From contig JAQGDQ010000017.1 in the NCBI GenBank assembly GCA_030141605.1, forward strand, positions 1,295,188-1,359,187: a stretch of DNA of 64,000 nt, given 5' to 3'. The notes beneath the pieces are model-generated. The model did not search any database, had not been told where the DNA came from, and saw only the letters and a program-made list of their open reading frames with translations. The translations under genes were made by a program, and so were the position numbers. Source of the stretch: Tubiluchus corallicola. Taxonomy: Eukaryota > Animalia > Priapulida. Of the stretch, positions 51,101-59,878 are shown one piece after another. The first letter of the stretch is position 1. Every line of letters begins with the position of its first letter.

Positions 51101-52180
51101 ACAGGTATGGTGTTTAGAGTGATATCATGCTTAATGTAATAAAGTGATATTTCAGAAACATAAACACATTGCAATGTTAATGACAATGGATAAAGACGAG
51201 AAAAATTTTGCTGTGTGAAATTAAATTTTTTTCTCATACATAGTTATAGAAATGACTATGTGTCTTTTTTAAAGTTAATAAAAAGTGGTAATGTGTTGTC
51301 TTTAAGTGTAAAAAGTCTCCAGTTGAGTAAAACAAGGTGTCCAGCCGAGTGATACTGTGCTTAGCAGCCAAAGTTAAGCAACACCAATGCTGTTCAATGG
51401 ATAGATGGATGAACGTAGTGCTCGGTACTCGTTCCAAGCTGTTTTTCACAATACATATTCTGGCTGTTTGCCTTGTAGAGGGAAAATTCATGTGCATCTG
51501 AATAGGGTGTAACACTTTTGCTGGTTCAGTGTCTGATCTTAAAGTCTCGGGAATAACCTAGGTACCAGTCCTGCCATGAAATTAAGTAGACACTAGTGGA
51601 GGGACTGATTAATCTATTTAATGGATTATAATCAATTCAAACTTTTATTTTTGATTGTCGATTTTTGTTCAGGTGTTGACGCAAATTAACTCCATTACCG
51701 ATGCCATTTACACTTATATTTTTGAAAAATCACAGAATTGCATTATGAATGTAGTGGTCATCACGGGTGCAATAATTCTACCTAGATCAAATAGCTGTAT
51801 TTAATTTTTTTTTCAGATTAAAATCAGCGTTTGCTTTTATGTTGTCTAGCTATAAATTTACACCGGTCTTGCTTTGATCTTGTTTCACTAAACATCATTG
51901 ATTGTTTCTTGTACCATAAACATTAAAAAAAACTTGGGTAAGCATTTTAGCTTGGCTGGGGCGACACTACTCAGTTAATGAATCGATTAATTGGTATTGG
52001 AAACAATGTTTTGTTTTGATCACCTTTCTTACAGTGATCACTAGATTTTAAAGCCATCATTGCTTGATTGCTATAATTTAGCATTTATTTTGTTAGGATG
52101 TGGAAAGCCTATCACAGCAATTAATGGAGATGAATAAGTCATCATCACAGACGTCTACACCCGATCAGCCAACTGCGTAA
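27158..52180 (+). CDS. GRIPAP1: GRIP1-associated protein 1 (GRASP-1), coiled-coil endosomal protein, 22 coding exons, ~848 aa
   Basis: N-terminus [25 protein letters not shown], then [67 protein letters not shown] and C-terminal [23 protein letters not shown]. Exons sum to 2547 nt with consistent phases. Confidence 0.92.
27310..27937 (-). mobile_element. hAT transposon internal-deletion derivative with transposase C-terminal remnant
   Basis: TIR TAGGGTTACCATA/TATGGTAACCCTA, perfect 8-bp TSD GTTATACT; ORF 27430-27612 [26 protein letters not shown] matches the hAT dimerisation motif. Confidence 0.92.
28362..28428 (+). CDS. GRIPAP1: GRIPAP1 exon 2
   Basis: [22 protein letters not shown] |gtgagt. 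Confidence 0.9.
28747..29271 (-). mobile_element. TTAA-flanked MITE (Kolobok-like), copy 3
   Basis: Reverse complement of the 6099-6639 family, TTAA on both sides. Confidence 0.8.
29406..30123. mobile_element. hAT-like MITE
   Basis: TIRs AGGGCCGGCTCT/AGAGCCAGCCCT; degenerate 8-bp flanks cctacagc/cgtacaac. Confidence 0.6.
30630..30718 (+). CDS. GRIPAP1: GRIPAP1 exon 3
   Basis: [29 protein letters not shown]. Confidence 0.9.
31363..31470 (+). CDS. GRIPAP1: GRIPAP1 exon 4
   Basis: [36 protein letters not shown]. Confidence 0.92.
33005..33158 (+). CDS. GRIPAP1: GRIPAP1 exon 5
   Basis: [12 protein letters not shown]...[17 protein letters not shown]. Confidence 0.87.
33841..33892 (+). CDS. GRIPAP1: GRIPAP1 exon 6
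   Basis: [16 protein letters not shown](R) |gtaagt. Confidence 0.8.
34230..34354 (+). CDS. GRIPAP1: GRIPAP1 exon 7
   Basis: [24 protein letters not shown]...SENT |gtgaat. Confidence 0.78.
34425..36060. repeat. 55-bp minisatellite, ~30 units, GRIPAP1 intron 7
   Basis: Unit catgtaacaatattcaactaacattcatggcttacaagctttgttgtttcatgtg. Confidence 0.97.
36147..36230 (+). CDS. GRIPAP1: GRIPAP1 exon 8
   Basis: [27 protein letters not shown] |gtatgt. Confidence 0.75.
36733..36820. repeat. (GT)n microsatellite
   Basis: Direct reading. Confidence 0.95.
37093..37163 (+). CDS. GRIPAP1: GRIPAP1 exon 9
   Basis: [23 protein letters not shown] |gtaggt. Confidence 0.85.
37509..37636 (+). CDS. GRIPAP1: GRIPAP1 exon 10
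   Basis: [39 protein letters not shown]. Confidence 0.9.
39049..39226 (+). CDS. GRIPAP1: GRIPAP1 exon 11
   Basis: [22 protein letters not shown]...LEEQ |gtgggt. Confidence 0.85.
39930..40847. mobile_element. Tigger-like MITE
   Basis: cggtagttgccgcttaataaaaccac ... gtggttttattaagcagcggctactg inverted ends. Confidence 0.6.
41234..41368 (+). CDS. GRIPAP1: GRIPAP1 exon 12
   Basis: [16 protein letters not shown]...QNRVE |gtatgg. Confidence 0.83.
42196..42354. repeat. 35-bp tandem repeat, ~4 units
   Basis: tatgtagttgaagtggtgaaatatccgaatctatg. Confidence 0.85.
42533..43191. mobile_element. Tigger/pogo-like MITE
   Basis: TA|CAGTAAATCCTCACTGAACGA ... TCGTTAAGCGAGGACTTGCTG|TA with subterminal gttaagcga repeats. 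Confidence 0.75.
43306..43431 (+). CDS. GRIPAP1: GRIPAP1 exon 13 (acceptor uncertain: 43306, 43318 or 43336)
   Basis: ...[34 protein letters not shown] |gtaaaa. Confidence 0.78.
43901..44047 (+). CDS. GRIPAP1: GRIPAP1 exon 14
   Basis: [18 protein letters not shown]...LTSER. Confidence 0.88.
44630..44854 (+). CDS. GRIPAP1: GRIPAP1 exon 15
   Basis: ...[17 protein letters not shown]...EMTLQ |gtgagt. Confidence 0.88.
45392..46006. repeat. 44-bp minisatellite, ~14 units, GRIPAP1 intron 15
   Basis: Unit aaatttctagcttaataaatatcatgttgtaaaaacatgttgtt. Confidence 0.96.
46198..46329 (+). CDS. GRIPAP1: GRIPAP1 exon 16
   Basis: [10 protein letters not shown]...[22 protein letters not shown] |gtaagc. 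Confidence 0.9.
46970..47072 (+). CDS. GRIPAP1: GRIPAP1 exon 17
   Basis: [28 protein letters not shown] |gtaagt. Confidence 0.92.
47135..47491 (+). mobile_element. hAT-like MITE (CAGTGGCGTAGC end)
   Basis: cagtggcgtagc ... ggctacacc; homologous to 4578-4915. Confidence 0.65.
48336..48463 (+). CDS. GRIPAP1: GRIPAP1 exon 18
   Basis: VEELFQP...[12 protein letters not shown]...RT |gtaatt. Confidence 0.87.
49229..49333 (+). CDS. GRIPAP1: GRIPAP1 exon 19
   Basis: [35 protein letters not shown]. Confidence 0.88.
50276..50369 (+). CDS. GRIPAP1: GRIPAP1 exon 20
   Basis: [31 protein letters not shown]. Confidence 0.92.
50935..51104 (+). CDS. GRIPAP1: GRIPAP1 exon 21
   Basis: ...[27 protein letters not shown] |gtatgg. 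Confidence 0.92.
51340..51610 (+). mobile_element. SINE-like element with a 5S-rRNA-like head
   Basis: gcttagcagccaaagttaagcaaca...gatggatga; a reverse-strand relative lies at ~59090-59170. Confidence 0.45.
52097..52180 (+). CDS. GRIPAP1: GRIPAP1 terminal exon 22
   Basis: [27 protein letters not shown]. Confidence 0.88.
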   Translation, partial: DVESLSQQLMEMNKSSSQTSTPDQPTA

Positions 52181-52899
52181 TACCATAACATTCGTAGAAT
52201 AATAGTGTGTATAAAATATTTAATATAATATTTATGTAGTAAATTCTCGCTTAACAGCGGTGTGTTTAGCAACAGTTCGTTTTAACGATGATAAAATTTT
52301 GCCACTCATTTTCTCACTTAATGACAAGTGCTTTACTTCAAATTGAACATTTCATTTTATTTGGAGCAGTAAAACATTGTTTGTTACATTTTTGTTTTCT
52401 AAAAAAGCTGCTTGTAACACCTATCTGTGAAACTATTAACGAGGTGTGATTTACGCATAATGAGGTTAGGGTGTAAGTACTTAACCTGCCAATGAAATGC
52501 TGCCTACTGGATTCTTCCATTCCTGTTACTATAACCTGGTTGCTCAGGCCAGAAGGTTTAGCACCAGACAGCCAGCTTGAGAAGAGCTTCAAAGGGCTTC
52601 AAATTTTTGTCTAATCCATTACCTACTACAGATTGAGAAAGCATCAAAATGAAGTCTAACAGAAGTTGTAAAATGTTTGATATTAATATCCCAAGCATTA
52701 ATTATTTTCTGATGGCACTGGGACGGATCCTGGTGGATTTGTATTATTTCATTCGACGGGTAAATCTTCGTTCATCGTCAATTAGTTCAACACCTTTTCT
52801 GCTGGAACATATTACTGTCGTTAAGCAAGCACTTGCTATAATAGTATAATTTGTAAATAATATAAACATATAATATTTGTTACAGCTTATGGTAAGCAA

Positions 52900-52905
52900 A
52901 ATAAA
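52900..52905 (+). terminator. Candidate GRIPAP1 polyadenylation signal
   Basis: AATAAA about 720 nt after the stop codon; not verified. Confidence 0.35.
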
Positions 52906-53361
52906 CAAGTTTAAAAGTTACTGTCCATCCAAAGGAAATGTAATTTACGTGTACGAGAATTGTTTGTATTTAATAGTATTGTGAATATTAAAACTCAAAA
53001 TAACGTGAGTTTAGTCAGAGGTCAAATAGTTGATAATATATTATGTTACATAATGTGTTTACAATTGATCACTGTGTATACTTTGTTGTTAAATTATTTC
53101 TAATTATAATTAACGAACATTATTAGTAGTAAATTTTTTGTTTGTCCCTTAAAACAAAAATTCTTCTTTATCTGCTACTGAATCAACTTTCGCTTACTAG
53201 GATATATTGTTGAATTTTTCATAAAATACTGTAATATAAAAGTCAGTGCGGTTGTATTTTATATGAAAAAAATTGCTGTAACCAACTACATTAAAACATG
53301 TGATTGAGGTGACTCTATAAGTACAATCAGTAGTAACACATCAATTATTACATGCAGCCAC

Positions 53362-53715
53362 TCATGTACTGGATCAATTTATACATGTAGTGGATCAGTT
53401 TGATACATGTAGTTGTTCCGTTGATACAAGTAGTGGATCAGTTTAATACATATAGTGGTTCCGTTGATACATGTAGTGGATCAGTTTGATACATGTAGTG
53501 GATCAGTTTGATACATGTAGTGGATCAATTTAATATATGTAGTGGATCAGTTTGACACACGTAGTGAATCCATTGATACATGTAATGGATCTGACTGATA
53601 AATGTAGTGGATTAGCTGATACATGTAGTATATCAGTTTGGTACATGCAATGGATTAGTTTGGTATATATACTATCACGTGTGATGGATGAGTTGAATAT
53701 GTGTGTAATGGATCA
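53362..53715. repeat. 22-bp minisatellite
   Basis: gatacatgtagtggatcagttt, degenerate towards the edges. Confidence 0.9.
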
Positions 53716-56570
53716 CCTGTCATGAACGTTGGCTGTAAAACTTATTGGGTAACATTTAAACTGATTTATTTATTTCCGGTGTACATAAATTTCTTTCCGG
53801 TTTTCTTTCCGGTATAGGCATAGTTTTAGTGCTTCAGATGACTTTCAAAAAAGTGAGGTTTCTATTCTTAAAAACTTTGCTACATCTGTCAAATTCACAT
53901 CTGCTCACCTACGCTTACCTGTTTGAAAAACTTATGTAACTAGAAAAGAAAATTCTTAGTAATTTAAATTGTTTGTGCCAGCAGGTAAAGTGTCACTGAC
54001 TCACCGTCCCAGTGTGCATCATTGATTCACCAAAAACACATTGGTCTTATTAACAATATAAAGTAATTCATACTTTTGCTTAGTTAGTGAAGTATATGCC
54101 ACGAATGCTCTGATTATTTTTTCAAAGCATACGCAAAGTTGACTAAAGTTCTTTCAAACCACCTACCTTCAAAATGGCTGCACTTCACAATAATTGTGAG
54201 AGTATAAATTTTCAAGTTTTATATAGCTGCTAACCCAAGCCGTGTATGCAATAAGACAGCGTACGATAATTTTTTATGTAAATGATGTAAAATTTCAAGA
54301 ACGAATTTTTTAGCTTTATGTAAGTAAATGGTTTTCTTATCCGTTAACAGAGTGCAAATGTAACAGCCATGGCATTGTCTTTAGGGTTAAACACTTCAGC
54401 TATCGACAATTGATACTTAATGACTTTGTGGCGTCTATTACTATTTTGAGAATACTTGCTACTACCATTTATTAAACCCGTCTGTGAAGCACTAAAAATA
54501 CTCTCTTATTTGGAGGAAATTAACAGTGCAGTTAGCTGTCAACACAGTTAAAATAAATGCGTCTAAACTTTCATTACTATCTCTCGTTGGCTAATCGACT
54601 TGCATTTTTCAGCCAAGTGAGCCAACTTTCATTCATGTAATTAATCACATGATACAGGGGAATTTATAAACTTGTGTATGAGTTAATATAATTATATTAA
54701 ATAGTTTTCTGTAAAATACATAAAGTTCGTTGTTTAGCATATAACATATACACTTTGCAGCAGTTATAGCTACAGCAGTCTTAATTGGCTTTCGTACTTG
54801 GGCTATTGTTTTAGTCACATTATAATAAACTATAGGCTAATGTCCTATTTCCTATAATGTATCATGTCCTATAGTATGTCCTATATGTACAATATTAGAG
54901 TTACTTCAAATGATTATTTAAAATTGTTGCAATAATTTGACATGCAGCATTTTCCTATTTTAATATGGATGTTAAATTACAAGCAGGTTGACTGATGCGT
55001 TTTGGGAATCGGTTTTTGTCAGTAATTATTTCCATTAATTTAATACAATTTGTGTTCAGTATCGGGTAGGAAATTTTTGTAAAAGTAAGAGCAATTTTAA
55101 TTATTAATACACTCTGAGATTTGTACATACTTTTTATGTAAATCATATAATGATAGTTTCTGCTAGTAATATTTTGTAAAATAAGGTATTTTATTTGTTC
55201 AAGCAAAGGTTATGTAGCAATTTTGCAAACTGTTATAATACAGAATTAATGTTAAGTTAATGTGTAATTATTATAAGCTAGTTTAGCTAATGATTGTTAC
55301 AAAGTCTTACAGCAACTTCTAGCTGTGCAAACTACTTGTTTGTGAATACTAATTTACAATGTTTAACATAAATGAGAGTTACATCGAGTTTTTTTACAAT
55401 TTTTTGCGACAGACAAGTTATGCAACATCGACTGAGTTACATTACAAATGCAAAGAGCTCGTAGTGTCATATGGAATTAAAATGCACTTCCAGTTTAACA
55501 ATTTTGATTCTATGAAATTAAAACTCTCAGCATATTTTCCTTTATTATTAACTATACAAGAGGCCTAGAGCTACAAATTTCACAAAATCCATAATAATCT
55601 ATGGTGATTTTGATTTCACGTATTTTGCTATTGATCCCGCTACTTTTCCTAGCGCACTGTAAAAAACTAAAAATTTGTGAAGACGCCAAAAGTGGAGGAC
55701 CTCATATCCTAGGTAACCTTGGCGGCTTTCTAATGGATAAAAAAGTGCTTCGTAAACTGTGTTGTATGTGAAGTTTATACCTCTGGGCACTCTTGGCTTC
55801 ATTCTGCATTGTCTCAAGACCATTCTTGTGCGCCAACAAAACAGACAGAAAATAAGACAAATGCAAAAAATATCGTTACTTAGTTTTTTTCTGCGATATT
55901 CATCATTTAAATTTGTTAGACTTTTTTTAATTATTTTTGTTATTAAAATTTCATTGACGGCCGCCTAAATATAAAATATTGGTGCATTTGGCCGAGTAGA
56001 TTTAAATAGGAAATCCTCACGCAACTGCTTGTGGTGCGTTGACTAGTAAGGAATGTTCCGTAGATAGCGATATAGTAACACATTTTCTAAGCAAACGTGA
56101 GGTGTTCCAAAACTGACAATAACTCGTTTCTTGGAGCAGTGATAACGAACAATCTCTCTTCTTCGCCATACTGAATGAATTTCACAAAAAGCTGATTGAA
56201 AAAACAGCCTTATCAATACCGATTTGTTTCAATAATTACAATGAAAGGGAGGGCGCGTTCAGACTCGGCTGAGTGATTTAACTCGGCAAGTTTTCTTCGG
56301 CAGTAAGAGCGAGTTGACAATTAGCAAAACTTGTAACAGTTCTCGTAAAACCGTTCACACTCTCAGAAAGACCTCTTGAGAGAAGACTCACTATAGTCTG
56401 AAAGCGTCGTTAGAAGCTGTGGTCTTACAACTAAATAGTAATCGGTTAGATATATACAGGGTGTCAGGAAATAATTGCAGCGCTAGACATAAAAATAATC
56501 AGAACAGCAAATATATTTTTTAATATTTTATTCAGTATTTTTTATTAAAGACACTTAAAAACATTCCATG

Positions 56571-56706
56571 TAGTTAAAACACCACAAGTCAAAACTTTAT
56601 TAAAACTTAATTTACATAGTTAAAAATTCGCGTCAACCGTTTCGACAGCTACTGCCGCAATCATCAGTGATAATTTTTTACAAACATGCAACCAGTTTAT
56701 ATAGGC
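56571..56706 (-). mobile_element. Single arm of the Penelope-like repeat with a hammerhead-like core
   Basis: Homologous to 12017-12144; minus strand CTGATGAttgcggcagtagctgtcGAAACggtt. Confidence 0.55.
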
Positions 56707-58149
56707 AACAAAAACGTCGTTAGAAAAAGACGAGTAATGACACGATTCCCATAGAGACGCGAACGTGAATCTTTAAATTTCTTATTTATCATCCGAATTT
56801 TGTACATGTATTTACGCTAATTTTTGTCCCTTCACAAATCAATTACAGACAGACGGATAAAATTAGATTGTCAAAACTTCGTTGATTTGTCAAATTTGAA
56901 GTTGTGTTACAAACTTGCTAATTCAGTATTTGTGACTTTTTGCCCAGTAAATAGAGGGCTCTTATGTATATATATTAGCTTTTCAATAAAAAGTTATAAT
57001 AACTACAATAACAACGTGGAGAAAAAGGAAGAGGAGAAAAATAAGAAAGTAAATGCTTCGTAGTGCTCGTAAGGCAACATTATTATCCACGAAAAATAAG
57101 CACTGAGTCAGAGACAATAGTCATAAACTTATTTTATATTACTATGCAGGATGTAATAAATTTTCTCAGTAGTCTGCTATAATACAAGTAAACCTCTACT
57201 GTTCTGTTTTCATACAGCTCTGCACTGGTGCAAAGTCAGAATCTAGCACTAAAGATGGTTGTGGCAGGACTGGAATGTACCTCATTATGAAAGGTAATTC
57301 TCTATGATGTGACACTGCACCAATAGGGGCGCCTAGGCCACATTAGCATTCAAGTAAAGCAAACATTCTACCAAGTAACGTGAATTAGCCAAAGAAACAG
57401 TATGGCAGATAAAACCGTCCAAGAGCATCTTCTAGGTGGAATTTATTTTTATTATTTATTTTTAAAATACTATTATGCAAAATACATTCCATATTGTAGG
57501 AAAATGCTTTAAGATTACAGGAAACATCGATAGAGTTTTAAACACTCGTAAAGGTTAGTAGTCAGTACAGTATTGGCATACAGTTACACAGTAAAAGGCA
57601 CCTAGCATTTATCATAATCATAAACATAATTGCATTACAAACAATGAAAACAAGGAGTTAATACAATAAACATAATTACCAATTCTATGCATTACACACA
57701 CATACGCAATAAAAGACAATGAGCATGCGTGTAATGAACATATAACAAATACAAATGCATTACACATAGTAAAAAGCAACGAGCAAATTTGACAAATATC
57801 ACCGAACTCCCATAGGGCTTCGAAAATACGTCATAAGCATAAATTTATAATTTCTGGCATATACTAATAAAATTTTAGACACTAAATCTGATTCTCTAGA
57901 CAAAAAAGAGTTTTGGCCTCCTTGCGAGTTGCGCACCACATGCACTTTGTTATTTCGTCATTTTATGTTAGGCAGTAATTATTAGTTAAAGTGATTACAG
58001 AGAAAAGCACAGCGAAAAAGCTATAATATTTTATCGTGAATAGGTTGTTCATATACGGGCGCAGGACGATAGGAATTCATCTGAGATTACATCTACAAAA
58101 GCACTCGGAGCGTTATTATCACGGCTAGAGAAGACGTAGTCCGAATCTA

Positions 58150-59050
58150 ACGTACGCAGAGTGCTAATAAAATCATTTCTATTGCTTTGATATACTAATA
58201 AAAATTCGAATAATAAATGATGTACAGACTATGGCTCGTTCAACGGTCACACATGCCCATAGGAGTATACCCAAATTTGCACAAAAATTCTTTGAAGTTT
58301 CCAAATTTGCTTTGATTCCCAAATTTTAAAATGACATCTTGGTTTTACATTACAAAGAGTATAACGTCAGTTTTACCAGGTGAGCAGTTAATAAACTGAT
58401 TCCATTTTCTACACCAGATATAAAGCCTATCGCAGTACAGGTGTCCTAAACTTACTACATTAGTATCTGAGGGAACCGAGGCAAGGACTGTGCCATCATC
58501 ATCGTATTTGAACGCATCAACCCCAGGCAAAGTCAATATTTCTTTCAACATACCTGACACTTAGAAAATGAAAAGTGAAGATGAGGCAACCGAACCCTGT
58601 GGTAATCTAGTCTTACAGTCATATTCACATGAAGCAGAATTACTAAGTTTAATAAATACTTTTCTGTTGTAAAGAAAATATTCGAGTAACTCTATCATGC
58701 TTCTTGGGATACCAGCAGAATGAGAGCGAAAAACAAGGCCGTCTAACAAGACTGTATCAAATGCACGTTGAAAATCGCAACAGAAAGCCAGAGATGGGAC
58801 TTTTTGTAATTGATGTTCTTGTATATTGGAAAGTATCGCCCGCAATTGTGACCAGACATGAATCCATCTTGTACTTTGTCTATAAGACTATTTTCAAGCA
58901 CACATTTTTCTTAGACGGTTTGCAATTTATACGTTTTGCAAGTTTCTCCAAAGTAACTTTTAAGTAAGATGATATTGTTATTGGCCTAAAACTCCCGGGA
59001 TCTTTGTAAGTAGCTTATTTTCCTTTTTACTAAAGATGACTTTAGAGTGC
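58150..59050 (-). mobile_element. Degenerate LINE reverse transcriptase fragment
   Basis: AFCCDFQRAFDTV..., LPQGSVASSSLF, FKYDDDGT (decayed YADD), KWNQFINCSPGKT; stops and frameshifts. Confidence 0.85.
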
Positions 59051-59639
59051 TCCAATATTCAGCTACGTTGTGGCATACGAAGGTAATTGTGACTGTTCAG
59101 ATGGTAACCCGTCCATTTACTTATTAAAGTAAGTATTGCTTAACTTTGGTCACTAAGCACACACTGACCGCTCAACTATTCTAATTCTATCAAAATTCTA
59201 CAAACCAGGATTACTTTTTTCCCCTTCAATGACGGTCGACTGAATTGGGGTAGGAGTGCTTGTAACAACGTAATGAGGACTTCGTTAATATTTCTTACCA
59301 AGAATTTTTCACAAGAATTGGTTTTTAACATTCAACTTTTTTCTTCTTGGGAACTTCTGTACACAACTTTATCAACAGAAAGAAACTGTTCTTAACCGAG
59401 TACCGCGAAGAGTACCGCTAAGAATTATCTGAATCATCCATAAAAAAATGAACAGGTTACTAGTGAGCAGGTTCAAAAGACAGATGTGTAGTGAGTTCTA
59501 CAATTTTATTCTTAGTTCTGCTAAAATTAAATGTACATTATAATAACAACAGCGCCATCAGTCATGCTTGCGTCTTTTAAAGTGCTTTTTTCATCTACCC
59601 TGGGCAGACTAAAACCTGTAGGGAAATTTGTCCTACTGC

Positions 59640-59700
59640 TGACGTCATCGTTACTTTGGCAACGGCGATGTTGAGCTCCCAGCGGAATGCTGACCAATCA
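59640..59700 (+). promoter_or_regulatory. Promoter cluster: CRE TGACGTCA (59640-59647), RFX X-box GTTACTTTGGCAAC (59650-59663), CCAAT box (59694-59698)
   Basis: Three consensus sites within 60 bp in a CpG-rich patch, followed by the donor GTG|GTAAGG at 59878/59879. Confidence 0.7.
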
Positions 59701-59729
59701 GCGCGCGGTCCGCGGTATGGCGAGCAAGA

Positions 59730-59878
59730 GCGGCGTGCGTTTGCGGCAGAAAATTCATTCGCTTTTCGTGGAGTGAAGTTTATCGTTTGTCGATCTCGTG
59801 TTCAGAAAACGAGGAAGAAATTCGTCCGCAATGCAGGAAAACGGCTTTGACGACATGTTCGGTGTTGGATAGATGGTG
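59730..59878 (+). other. Probable first exon of an unidentified downstream gene (start position approximate)
   Basis: Follows the promoter motifs and ends in a 5' splice site; a possible second non-coding exon is 60561-60740 (tcttatag|...|gtaagt). Confidence 0.5.

Noticed and set aside
59656-59850. 64-aa ORF in the CpG-rich patch
   Set aside because: Starts at TTG inside the promoter motifs and has no recognisable homology.
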